DNA of 64,000 nt, taken from positions 75,914-139,913 of the forward strand of contig CAZRTB010000003.1 in assembly GCA_964602915.1 (NCBI GenBank), given 5' to 3'. Each line of letters opens with the position of its first letter. Within the stretch, counting starts at the first letter, position 1. Position numbers and translations under genes: made by a program. The DNA is from an uncultured Gammaproteobacteria bacterium. Its GTDB lineage: Bacteria; Cyanobacteriota; Vampirovibrionia; 2-02-FULL-35-15. The notes beneath the pieces are model-generated. The model had not been told where the DNA came from. It did not search any database and saw only the letters and a program-made list of their open reading frames with translations. Positions 20,145 to 30,300 of the stretch are shown piece by piece.

Positions 20145-20603
20145 ATGCTTAAATATATAAAACAAGTCTCAAAAAAATTTAAGAGTCAAAAGGATTCACC
20201 TGTTTGGCTCATTCAATTTTTACCTGTAGAAGAGCAAATAAAAGTTGTTAGAAAAGCCCTTGGTATTTCACAAGTACAGCTAGCTAAAAAGCTAGGCTTT
20301 AGCAGTAATGTGCCTATAACGAAAATGGAAAAGGGGCAGATAGTGAACCCTACTATAGATACTCTAAAAAAATATGCAGAAGCTCTCCAGTGCGAGCTAG
20401 TGGTTCGTTTCGTTCCAAAAAAAGAGATTGAAGAAATAGTAAATGAACAGGCAGAGAAAAAAGCCCGTGAAATAGTTTCACTCTCTGTAGGCAATTCTGC
20501 TATGGAGCTTCAAAAACCAGACAACGAAACAATAAATGAAGAGATAGAAAAAATGAAAGGAGAGCTTCTCGAAAAGAGAAGATCTATCATATGGGAAGAA
20601 TAG
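20145..20603 (+). CDS. XRE-family helix-turn-helix protein (mobile mystery protein A-like), probable antitoxin/regulator partner of the Fic protein
   Basis: Helix-turn-helix LGISQVQLAKKLGFS. The 3' end overlaps the Fic gene by 13 nt. Confidence 0.65.
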   Translation: MLKYIKQVSKKFKSQKDSPVWLIQFLPVEEQIKVVRKALGISQVQLAKKLGFSSNVPITKMEKGQIVNPTIDTLKKYAEALQCELVVRFVPKKEIEEIVNEQAEKKAREIVSLSVGNSAMELQKPDNETINEEIEKMKGELLEKRRSIIWEE

Positions 20604-21214
20604 GCGACCTAGAAGAAAGTAGCTCTGGAGAAACCAGCTTAGACGACGCTTCTGGACTCATTCCTTCCTATATAACGAATAGAAAAGAATTATATGAAGC
20701 AGAGTTTTTGAATATTTCAGAAGCTACAAAATTCTATCTTTCAAATCCATCAAAAATAAATAAATTTAAAATTACCAGAGAAGATATATTTCTTTTACAT
20801 AAAAAAATGTTTTCTGATGTCTGGTCTTGGGCAGGTAAAAAGAGAGCAAGCAATAAAAATATTGGTGTAGATTTTTTTAAAATTGATGAAGAAATAAAAA
20901 AATTAGAAGGGGATTTTCTTTTTTGGGAAAGAGAGGATGTTGACCTCATTGAATTAATTACAAAGCTCCATCACAGACTAGTCTGGATACATCCTTTTGA
21001 AGGTGGCAATGGTAGGTGGAGCAGAATGGTAACTAACTTAATCTTTTATAAGCATAAAAAGACGTTTATAAAGTGGCCTGATGATGAAATACAGCTAAAG
21101 AAAAAATCTTCCTTTAGAGAGCTTTATTTAGAAGCACTTAAGGAAGCAGATAACAGTAATATAAAAAAACTAACAGAACTCTTTAAAACCCTTATTACTA
21201 AACCCCTCTACTAA
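20591..21214 (+). CDS. Fic/Doc-family protein (mobile mystery protein B-like)
   Basis: Canonical Fic active-site motif HPFEGGNGRWSR. Confidence 0.8.
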   Translation: MGRIGDLEESSSGETSLDDASGLIPSYITNRKELYEAEFLNISEATKFYLSNPSKINKFKITREDIFLLHKKMFSDVWSWAGKKRASNKNIGVDFFKIDEEIKKLEGDFLFWEREDVDLIELITKLHHRLVWIHPFEGGNGRWSRMVTNLIFYKHKKTFIKWPDDEIQLKKKSSFRELYLEALKEADNSNIKKLTELFKTLITKPLY

Positions 21215-21809
21215 TATCTGCCAGTTTTTGGTACTGATTAGGATTCACAGAAAACTCAAACTCTAAATATGGAGAATTAGAACTAATAGTTATTAATCCT
21301 GAATCCAGACAGGTAGCTAAAAGTTTAACAATCCCAACTGCTGATAATTTTTTTTGTGCATACGGATCATAGTTACATTTCTGAGAAAATTTATAGAAAT
21401 CGAAAATCTCCCCATGCTGGAAAGGAGGATTTGTAAGAAATCCTACTGTACCTAAAAATCTCATAAAACCATCTTCACCATTCAAATTATCTATAAGCTC
21501 TAAAATATTACTATCATCTAATACCTGAATTAAATCCTGAGCATTTTCTGCAGGACCAACAACATCACCAATTTTACTTAACTTGATTTCCTGTAATGCC
21601 TGAAAAACAGAAGCTGAAGACCTATCCCTAAGCGCAATAGAAATGGCATTGTTTATAAAGGTATCTTCAACATATGCATTTCCATTTAATTTATATGCCT
21701 TACCAGGATCTACTAAAACAAAATCCTGCGATTTCAAACCATTTAAAGGTAAATCAGGATAAGTGTTCTTAGCTACACGAACGAGCGCTTCAATTAATTT
21801 TGGTTTCAT
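21198..21809 (-). CDS. Putative small SAM-dependent methyltransferase-like protein (NPPF motif; RsmD/N6-adenine methyltransferase-like)
   Basis: LTNPPFQHG, a (D/N)PP(Y/F) motif IV, lies about 56 aa downstream of a DVVGPAEN motif-I-like segment. This spacing fits a class I methyltransferase but the match is weak overall. Confidence 0.3.
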   Translation of the reverse strand: MKPKLIEALVRVAKNTYPDLPLNGLKSQDFVLVDPGKAYKLNGNAYVEDTFINNAISIALRDRSSASVFQALQEIKLSKIGDVVGPAENAQDLIQVLDDSNILELIDNLNGEDGFMRFLGTVGFLTNPPFQHGEIFDFYKFSQKCNYDPYAQKKLSAVGIVKLLATCLDSGLITISSNSPYLEFEFSVNPNQYQKLADISRGV

Positions 21810-21993
21810 GATTTTTATAAGTTCATTAAATAAAAGACTAAAATATTCTAATCAAAACAAAAATAATATTCATTAATTAAATTTAATATTTACCTATAGA
21901 TTTATTAAATCCACATGGCATTTAACCCACTCTTAAGAAGTATCAAAATTCTAACCATTCTTCCTTTGTATACCCAAAAGGGGACTCTTTAGT

Positions 21994-23049
21994 ATGGCTA
22001 GCGTTGGGATTAATGATTATTCACCTGTAAGCTTACCTAACAGTTTTAATACTAGTGACACTAAATATTTCGATGACAATACACAAAGTAATACCACAAA
22101 TAATAACGATAGATTTATTCCAAGAAAGCCAAACAACCCTCCTCAAAGAAAGTCTTTTTTTAGAAGATTCTTCGATAGAGTAATTAATTTTTTTAAAGGA
22201 CTATTTGGAATTGAAGAAGAGCCAGATAATCAAATCAGATCAAATGACAATATTTTATCTTTAAACAATAGTGGAAATGATAAGTACCCCGAAAAACATA
22301 GTGTTTTTACTAACAATGTTCAGGAAAGGCTTTCATATAGTAATAATCCTTGTGATGAAAATTTCAGGGCTCATCTAAATGGAATCACTGATTATAGAAA
22401 TGTCAGATATGGAAGTGATTATATTAAAGAGCTATGTCACCAAATCACACAAGGGCGTGGAAAACAAACATTAGACTCAGCACTCATTAGTACAACAAAA
22501 ACTTTTAATGGTAATCCTTCCTCAGAACATAAGCCATTATTTAGATTAGGTAGTGAAAATTATGATAATCCAAATAGAGATTTCGAGGTGCTTTGCATAA
22601 CTGGAAGCGGAACAGGATTAGGGGACGATAGAAGGTTTAGGTTTGATTCAGCAATGCTTGAAGGTGCAGTTAAAAATTCTTATGGAGAAAAATGTAAGAA
22701 TTTCCAATCATTAAATGACCCCAATAGAGCACAATTAGAATCAGCGATTAGAGAAAGATCAGAAAGTGCAAGAAAAAATGGAAGAAAGCTGTATATCGTA
22801 TACAGAGGACATGGTGAGTTGGGACAAACCCAGTCTGGGGCTAGAAATAGCTATAAACAAGGTAGTGCAAATTATATATTTAAATTGAATAAAGCTGGAT
22901 ATTTTAGCGAGGCAGAGTACAAAGCATTACTTACTCAATATGCAGACGACCTGGATGTAACTTCAGTAATAGGCTCATGTCATAGTGGAGCCGCTATAAC
23001 AGCAATTGAAAAAGATGTAGAAAAAAGAATGGTAACATTACCATCATAA
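21994..23049 (+). CDS. Caspase-like (clan CD, peptidase C14-like) domain protein with a long Asn/Ser-rich insertion
   Basis: An N-terminal VGINDYSP strand, YRGHGE (the His-Gly pair) and GSCHSG (a metacaspase-like catalytic Cys motif) appear in the expected order. About 250 aa of low-complexity sequence separates the first strand from the His. Confidence 0.4.
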   Translation: MASVGINDYSPVSLPNSFNTSDTKYFDDNTQSNTTNNNDRFIPRKPNNPPQRKSFFRRFFDRVINFFKGLFGIEEEPDNQIRSNDNILSLNNSGNDKYPEKHSVFTNNVQERLSYSNNPCDENFRAHLNGITDYRNVRYGSDYIKELCHQITQGRGKQTLDSALISTTKTFNGNPSSEHKPLFRLGSENYDNPNRDFEVLCITGSGTGLGDDRRFRFDSAMLEGAVKNSYGEKCKNFQSLNDPNRAQLESAIRERSESARKNGRKLYIVYRGHGELGQTQSGARNSYKQGSANYIFKLNKAGYFSEAEYKALLTQYADDLDVTSVIGSCHSGAAITAIEKDVEKRMVTLPS

Positions 23050-23141
23050 TCTTAAGTAATCTTACTTTTTACGAATAAAAGACTTATATCACACAAACTT
23101 CATATAGAATAGAATTAAAATACTTAATGAGGTAATAAGAC

Positions 23142-23564
23142 TTGCTAGCATCTACCGATCCAATAATCACTACCCATATCTTAAGTACAATGTTAATGGC
23201 AGGGATTGCATGGTTTGTACAAATAGTACACTATCCATTATTTTCTAAAGTAGGAAATGAATACTTCCCGGAATACTTAAAGGGACATTCTATTTTAACC
23301 ACATTTATTGTTTCACCATTAATGCTAATTGAAGTTTGTACAGGAGGATTTCTCTTTCATAAATATCCACAAGAAAAGATTTTTTTTATTGGTTTTGTTT
23401 TACTGATTGTAATTTGGTTTTCTACATTCCTGATTCAAGTGCCAAGACAAAACATTCTCGGAAAAGGGTTTAAACAAAAAGCTTATGAAGAATTGATTTT
23501 TTCAAACTGTATCAGGACTGCTCTCTGGACAATGAGAATGATCATTTTTGTTTTCTTTTTTTAA
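23142..23564 (+). CDS. Small integral membrane protein (about 4 transmembrane helices), hypothetical
   Basis: Hydrophobic profile; probable TTG start; a terminator hairpin immediately downstream. Confidence 0.4.
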   Translation: MLASTDPIITTHILSTMLMAGIAWFVQIVHYPLFSKVGNEYFPEYLKGHSILTTFIVSPLMLIEVCTGGFLFHKYPQEKIFFIGFVLLIVIWFSTFLIQVPRQNILGKGFKQKAYEELIFSNCIRTALWTMRMIIFVFFF

Positions 23565-23565
23565 T

Positions 23566-23604
23566 AGCACCAGGCAAGCTGGTGCTTCTATAAATATTAT
23601 TTTG
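23566..23604 (+). terminator. Intrinsic terminator hairpin between the membrane-protein gene and convergent ribH
   Basis: AGCACCAG-gcaag-CTGGTGCT 8-bp stem followed by a T-rich TCTATAAATATTATTTT. Confidence 0.4.
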
Positions 23605-24079
23605 CTAGACTTTTAATTTTTCTAGAAATGTCAACCATCTCTAAAGCTGAAAGCCCTGCTTCTGATCCTTTGTTTCCGACTTTTCCACCAGCTCTATCTA
23701 AAGCCTGGTCTACATTCTCTGTAGTAATTACTCCAAAAATCACTGGGACTCCAGTAAGCACGCCAAGATAATTTAACTCAGTACTCACAGCTGAGCATAT
23801 ATAATCAAAATGTGGTGTTTCTCCTCTTATAACAGCACCAAGGCATATAACTGCAGAGTATTTATTTTGATCTAAAAGATTCTTAGCAATCGTAGGAATT
23901 TCAAATGCCCCAGGAACCCTATAAACATCAACATTTTTATCATTCACTCCATTCTTAAGAAGTGTTTCTATACATCCACTTAAAAGTTTTTCAGTAACAA
24001 ACTCATTAAATTTACTAACCACTATTGCAAACTTCTCTTCAGAAGTAACTTTTACAGAGCCTTCAAAAACATTAACCAC
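23597..24079 (-). CDS. ribH: 6,7-dimethyl-8-ribityllumazine synthase
   Basis: Lumazine synthase motifs (GAFEIP) at about 160 aa. Confidence 0.9.
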   Translation of the reverse strand: MVNVFEGSVKVTSEEKFAIVVSKFNEFVTEKLLSGCIETLLKNGVNDKNVDVYRVPGAFEIPTIAKNLLDQNKYSAVICLGAVIRGETPHFDYICSAVSTELNYLGVLTGVPVIFGVITTENVDQALDRAGGKVGNKGSEAGLSALEMVDISRKIKSLAK

Positions 24080-24214
24080 TGTTATCTCTTTACTCCAATA
24101 ATAGGTAGCGAACGATAAATATCAACGAAATCTGATTTAGTAATCTTTTTATTTTGCTTATATTTTTTTGCAAGTCTAAATAATATATACAGAAACAACG
24201 TTGTACTCCTTATT

Positions 24215-25489
24215 TTATTTTTGACCTCTAGTATCTAAATTTATAATATGTCCTAATTTTTCATTTTTTGTTTTTAAGTAACTCTCATTATGTTCGTTTG
24301 GAAGCTCTATTGGTTCCCTTCCTGTAACTTTTAATCCATATCCCTCAATCCCTACAATTTTTCTTGGATTATTTGTCATTAGTTTAATAGAGGTAAGACC
24401 AAGATCAGTTAATATTTGTGCACCAACTCCATATTCTCTTAAGTCTGCTTTAAAACCAAGCATTTCATTTGCTTCAACAGTATCATAGCCTTTATCCTGA
24501 AGTTCATAAGCTTTTATTTTATTTATAAGTCCAATACCGCGACCTTCTTGTTTCAAATAAACAACAACACCAGATCCATTCTTTGCTATTTTTTCAAGTG
24601 CTACATTTAACTGTGCATTACAATCACAGCGCAAACTATGAAAAACATCTCCTGTTAAACACTCACTATGAACTCTGACTAAAACATCTTTTTTATCTTT
24701 TATATCTCCACAAACAATTGCTACATGTTCTTTATTATTCAAAGTATCCCTATATGCAAAAATCTCAAACTGTACTTTATACTTTTCAGCAATTTCGCTA
24801 GGTAGCTTTGCTCTGGCCTCCCTAACAACAAATCTTTCTTTTAGTAATCTATATGAAATTAACTGAGCAACAGAAATAAATTTCAAACTATGTTTTTTAG
24901 CAAACTTAACAAGATCTGGTCTTCTTGCCATAGACCCATCTTCATTTAAAATCTCACAAATAACACCCGAAGGCTTCAAACCTGCCAAGCGAGAGAGATC
25001 CACAGAAGCTTCTGTTTGACCTACTCTTTTTAAAACTCCACCTTTTTTTGCACGAAGTGGAAAGATATGTCCTGGTCTAACTAAATCTTCAGCTTTTGAA
25101 TTATCATCTATTGCGACCTGAATTGTTTTTGATCTATCACTAGCAGATATCCCTGTAGTCACACCAAATTTTTTATGAGCATCAATACTTATAGTAAAGG
25201 CAGTGGTGAAATTACTCGAATTTTTTTGAACCATTTCCGGAAGTTCTAATTTTTCAGCAAGATCATCTTCTAAAGTAAGACAAATTAATCCTCTCCCTTC
25301 TTTTGCCATAAAATTAATGATTTCTGGAGTGATTTTTTCTGCAGAACAAACTAAATCACCTTCATTTTCACGATCTTCATCATCAGCAACAATTACCATT
25401 TCACCATTTTTAATAGCAATAATAGCTTCTTCAACAGTATTAAATAATTGATCTTTAAGATTAATTTCTTTTTGTGTGTTTGTATTCAT
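24215..25489 (-). CDS. ribBA: Bifunctional 3,4-dihydroxy-2-butanone-4-phosphate synthase / GTP cyclohydrolase II
   Basis: N-terminal 3,4-dihydroxy-2-butanone-4-phosphate synthase (DHBP synthase) domain and C-terminal GTP cyclohydrolase II domain with a CxxGxxxxSxRCDC zinc motif. Confidence 0.9.
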   Translation of the reverse strand: MNTNTQKEINLKDQLFNTVEEAIIAIKNGEMVIVADDEDRENEGDLVCSAEKITPEIINFMAKEGRGLICLTLEDDLAEKLELPEMVQKNSSNFTTAFTISIDAHKKFGVTTGISASDRSKTIQVAIDDNSKAEDLVRPGHIFPLRAKKGGVLKRVGQTEASVDLSRLAGLKPSGVICEILNEDGSMARRPDLVKFAKKHSLKFISVAQLISYRLLKERFVVREARAKLPSEIAEKYKVQFEIFAYRDTLNNKEHVAIVCGDIKDKKDVLVRVHSECLTGDVFHSLRCDCNAQLNVALEKIAKNGSGVVVYLKQEGRGIGLINKIKAYELQDKGYDTVEANEMLGFKADLREYGVGAQILTDLGLTSIKLMTNNPRKIVGIEGYGLKVTGREPIELPNEHNESYLKTKNEKLGHIINLDTRGQK

Positions 25490-26124
25490 TAGGATTTGAG
25501 AGCAAGATCGTTTAGTTTGTTTGTTTCTAAATAATTAATCAAATATCTACTTATTAGATCTATTTCTAAGTTTACTAAATTGCCTTTTTTTATCAAGCCA
25601 AGATTTGTATTACTCCTTGTGAAAGGTATTAAAGTAAAGCTAAAAATACACCTGTTTTCAAGATCTGAATCAATAACTGTAAGACTGACCCCATTAACAC
25701 ATATTGATCCTTTGTTAGTTATAAATTTTCTTAAATCTCTAGAGTATTGAACCTGTACAACTGTATTTTCTCCATTTTGAATTATGTTATAGATTTCTCC
25801 ACATGCGTCAACATGGCCGGATACTAAATGCCCACTTATTTTATCTCCCATTTTTAATGCTGGTTCCAGATTTACTTTATCGCCAATTTTATAGGTCTTA
25901 AAATTTGTTTTATTTAATGTTTCTTCTGTAGCTTGAATAGTGAATGATTGCCCACCATCTACCACTTGATTCCTGCTACTTACTGTCTGACAGCACCCAT
26001 CAACAGAAATACTATCTCCAAGTTCTATCCCTTTAATATTGCTTTTAATAGTTAATTCTAAGATTCCATCAGAATGCTTTAAGCTAAGTATTTCACCAAT
26101 TTCTTGTACTATTCCACTAAACAT
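25489..26124 (-). CDS. ribE: Riboflavin synthase alpha chain
   Basis: [10 protein letters not shown] start and duplicated lumazine-binding halves. Confidence 0.85.
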   Translation of the reverse strand: MFSGIVQEIGEILSLKHSDGILELTIKSNIKGIELGDSISVDGCCQTVSSRNQVVDGGQSFTIQATEETLNKTNFKTYKIGDKVNLEPALKMGDKISGHLVSGHVDACGEIYNIIQNGENTVVQVQYSRDLRKFITNKGSICVNGVSLTVIDSDLENRCIFSFTLIPFTRSNTNLGLIKKGNLVNLEIDLISRYLINYLETNKLNDLALKS

Positions 26125-26195
26125 ATAGCTAATAGAATACAGCTTTAATAAGCAATTTTCAACATTTAGGCTTTTAAACTCTTAAATTAACTATC

Positions 26196-26480
26196 TTAAA
26201 AATTAACTCCACGATAAATAGCATCAATCATGCCTCTGGAATATTTATTTCCACCTGTGTAAAAATTAACAATAATAAATCTTTCATACTTTCTATAATC
26301 ATCCATATATTGCTGAGCTTGTTCTTCCATTGATAATTCTTTTTTTGCTGGTAATACACAAGTACTTACACCATTTCTATCCCATGCAGGAGGTTTCTTT
26401 TTCTCCATAGCCCCCTCAGGAAAAGGTGTTATTTCCCTTTTATATGAGTAGTCATTATCTTTTACTTTTAATGCAGGCAT
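26196..26480 (-). CDS. Hypothetical 94-aa protein
   Basis: ORF only. No signal peptide and no recognisable motif. Confidence 0.3.
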   Translation of the reverse strand: MPALKVKDNDYSYKREITPFPEGAMEKKKPPAWDRNGVSTCVLPAKKELSMEEQAQQYMDDYRKYERFIIVNFYTGGNKYSRGMIDAIYRGVNF

Positions 26481-26622
26481 ATAGATTACCTATGTTGGTT
26501 TCACCAATGAAGGTAATATTACAAACTAGTGTTAAAGTATGGTTAAAAAAAGGTAGGATATAAGTCTTATTTAGGGGTAGCCAAGAGCATATAGCAAATA
26601 AGTTATAGAAGATCTGGATAGC

Positions 26623-27165
26623 TTAGCCAGTTATTACCAAGTCCATTTTTACATCCCACTCATCAATATCAATCGCTTCAACCAAACAGTCTTTAGGACA
26701 TAAACCAATTTTTATGCTTTTAGGATTTAGTTTTAGAAATGAATCATAAAAACCCTTTCCAAATCCCAGTCTATTCCCACTCTTATCAAAACAAAGACCT
26801 GGAACAAGTATCAAATCTAAATTAATTTTTTTATCTACCTGATCATAATAATTATCACTTTGAAGTACAGGCTCTAAAATATTAAATGAGTTTTTTTCCA
26901 GCTGAGTTTTATCTGGTAGAAATGGAATAACTAACAAATTTTTGCCTTGAACTTTCGGCAAAAACCAGTTTTTATCAATATCATTAAAAAGGTCTTTTAA
27001 AGATACTTCTATATCATTTCCTAGATATGACATAACATTCTTTCCTTCTCTATATATCTTATTAAGCTTGATTTCTTGAATAATCTTATGACTAATTGAT
27101 TTGAGATCTAACTCTTTTCTAATTGATCTTGCCCAGTCTCTAAGTTTTACCTTATTTGTTTCCAT
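26623..27165 (-). CDS. 5-formyltetrahydrofolate cyclo-ligase
   Basis: Family motif LVPGLCFDKSGNRLGFGKGFYD at about 180 aa. Confidence 0.7.
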   Translation of the reverse strand: METNKVKLRDWARSIRKELDLKSISHKIIQEIKLNKIYREGKNVMSYLGNDIEVSLKDLFNDIDKNWFLPKVQGKNLLVIPFLPDKTQLEKNSFNILEPVLQSDNYYDQVDKKINLDLILVPGLCFDKSGNRLGFGKGFYDSFLKLNPKSIKIGLCPKDCLVEAIDIDEWDVKMDLVITG

Positions 27166-27304
27166 CAGATTAAATAAATTTGTTTTATTCCTTCACAAAG
27201 TAATATTTTTTACTCTATACTATTACAGTCTTTAGTTTATAGTCTAAGAGCTAAGATTTTGTTAGTTTTTAGGAAATAGTTTTAAAATTTAAAATTTAGA
27301 AAAG

Positions 27305-30300
27305 TTGGAGAAAACAGAAATGTCAAAAGTTCAAACAATGGAAAGACCTCAAAACCAGAAGAAATCTGATCCAGAAACATTAAAGTTTATATATGGAGTT
27401 GTTTTAAGTTGTTTCCTTTTATCAGGAATAAGTGGTCTTATTTATGAAAATGTTTGGACTAGAATGCTTACATATGTTTTTGGTGGAACGACACTAGCAG
27501 TTAGTACTGTTTTAACAGCATTCCTTGGAGGTCTTGCACTAGGTAGTTATCTTGGCGGAAGATACATTGATCATTTCAAAAAGCCTTTATTAGCTTACGG
27601 GATACTAGAACTTGCTATAGGAATCTATGGGTTATTAGTTCCTACTCTTTTCAGTGAAGCTTTCCTTACACCGATCTGGCAAACAGTTGTTCAGATGTTT
27701 GAAGGTGTACAATTCATTTCCTATTTAGTTAGATTTCTTATTTCTGTAATGCTGTTAGCAGTTCCTACTGTTTTAATGGGAGCTACATTACCCATACTGA
27801 GCCGTTACCTAACAAATGTAAGGTCTGATGTTGTTCCATTTAACGTCGGAGCACTCTACACCATTAACACTGTAGGTGCTGTAATTGGATGTTTTTTAAG
27901 TGGTTTTATTTTCTTACCCTCTATTGGAGTAAGCCCTACTGTTTATATAGCAGCATTTTTAAACCTGATTTTAGCTTCAGCAGTTATTTTCCTTGCAAAA
28001 GCAAACTCAAAAGTACAAGTAGACACTCCAGAAGCTAAGCAGGATTCTAGGAACCTTGAAGAGCTTGTTGCTGAATCAGAAGATATTCCTCTTGAGTTAA
28101 TTAAACTAAGCATGATTGCATTTGCAGTAAGCGGATTTGTTGCTCTTGTTTTTGAAGTTGTTTGGACAAGAACTTTAACTCTTGTTTTCGGCTCATCTAC
28201 ATATGCATTCTCTACCATGTTAACTACATTTCTTATTGGGTTAGCCATAGGATCCGCTGTAATGACAAAGCTACAAGAAAAGATTGAAAGACCTGTCTTT
28301 TGGATCGGAGCACTTTTATGTGGCATTGCAGTCACTGGGTTTCTAACAGCGTGTATGTTTAATGAACTCCCATGGATGTTTTTATCTCAAGCTCAAAAAC
28401 TTCCTGATGATCCAGGAACTAGCTGGTTTTTACTTACTGTGCACAGATTTTTTGTATCCAGCTTTGTAATGTTCTTGCCTACACTTCTATCAGGAATGAT
28501 ATTCCCATTAATTATTAGAGTCTATTCTTCCAGACCAGATCATATTGGTGAAACAGTTGGAAAGCTTTATGCATTAAATACTTTTGGATGTATCATTGGC
28601 TCTTTTACTACAGGATTTATTTTCATCCCACTATTTGGATCTTTAGGTAGTGGTATTCAAGCAACTACAAAATTAGGTATCTTAGTTGCTCTTGGAACAG
28701 GATTATATATTGTATACAGAGATATTCTTCAGAATGATTCATTAAACGAGAAACAGTCAAAGATCTCAATTTCATGGATTTATATGTCAGCAGTGATTGG
28801 ATTAGTTTCTACTTTATTTGTAATTCCAGCATGGGACAAATCCATCATGACTACTGGAGTTGCAATTTATCACTCTCTCTCTTATAAGAATTTAACAAGA
28901 GAGCAATTCTTCAATATTTTCAAATTTGACAATGCAAGAGAAAAAATTAAGTTTTACAAAGAAGGGCTTACAACTGTAGTTACTATCACTGCAGATGAAA
29001 GTGGAAACACTACATTGCTTAAAAATAATGGTAAGGTTGATGCAGGTGTTCCTACTGATGGTGATGGTCCATCTCAAGCAGACATGGTTACTCAGGTATT
29101 ACTTGGACAACTACCTTTACTTTTACATAAGAATGAGCCGGAGAGTGCTCTTGTTGTTGGTTTGGGAAGTGGTTGTACCACTGGTTCTGTTGTTAGATAC
29201 CCATCTATTAAAAGCGTAAAAGTCTGTGAAATTGAAAGAGCTGTAATTGATGGCGATAAATATTTTGAGCCTCCACTGGATAAAGATCCTTTAGGTGGAA
29301 ATGGCTCTCCTTTAAATCCACAAAGAAATCCACTAGCTGAAAGAATTAAAGCTATCCATACTGATGGCAGAAATTACCTTTTAACTACAAAAGAAAAATT
29401 TGACATCATAATTTCACAGCCAGCAGATCCATGGGTAAATGGTGCATCACAACTATTTACTAGAGAATTCTGGAGACTAGGTTCTCAGCACTTAAAACCA
29501 AATGGTTTATTCTGCGAATGGATTCAACTTTACTCCATAACACCAGAATATCTTGGAGTACTTGTAAATAGCTTCAAGCAATCCTTCGGAAAATATGAGA
29601 ATGGTAAAAAAGTAAGTGATGGTTACGTTTATTTATTCAGACCAGGACTTGCTGGTGAAATTCTGCTCATTGGTTCAAACGATCCAATAGAAGTTGATGT
29701 AGACAAAATAGAAAAAAGAATTAAAACAAGCTTTACAGCAAAAGGGAAATCTGGAGCTGTATTAGAAGTTAAAACTCTTGATGACTTAGGAAGAATATCT
29801 ATAAACGATTCCGTAGGAATTGTTTCACAACTCCTTTTAGGTGATGATCAGGTTACTGAATTTGCAAAGATTCAAACTCAGAATGTCCCTAGATTAAAAT
29901 CATTACCGCTTGCTCAAAGAATCAATACAGACGACAACGTTATTATTGAATTTGAAGCTCCTAAAAAACTTCATTTGTTTTATGCACCAATTGCTGATAA
30001 CTTAGATTCAATTTCTCAAGGAACGAATGGAGATATCACTAAGTATTTAATTAACATCGGAAAAACAGATGTAGAAAAGTCTGCTTTCCTTGCAAGACTT
30101 GCAATTGCACATGTAAAGAAAGCAAATCTGCAAGATCCTAGAGGAAAACTCGTCGATCCAAACCTAAAAATTGCTACATTCCTTGCAGATAAAGCTGTAG
30201 AGCTAAATCCATCAGCAGAAGCATTTGCCGCAAAATACTTTGTGTCTAGCAGAAAAGGAAATGAAATAGAAGCAACTTCATACTTAACTAAAGCTGAAAC

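Noticed and set aside
21994-22750. Considered calling the N-terminal 250 aa of the caspase-like protein a separate gene or a frameshifted fusion
   Set aside because: A single uninterrupted frame runs from the ATG at 21994 with a plausible GGGGA ribosome-binding site. No internal stop or frame change was seen; it is kept as one CDS with a low-complexity insertion.
26125-26622. Looked for an FMN riboswitch upstream of the ribE-ribBA-ribH cluster
   Set aside because: The upstream spacers (26125-26195 and 26481-26622) are short and lack the conserved FMN-aptamer elements (no GGATGGGAG / AGTCTGGATG-type boxes). ribD is also absent from the locus. No call made.
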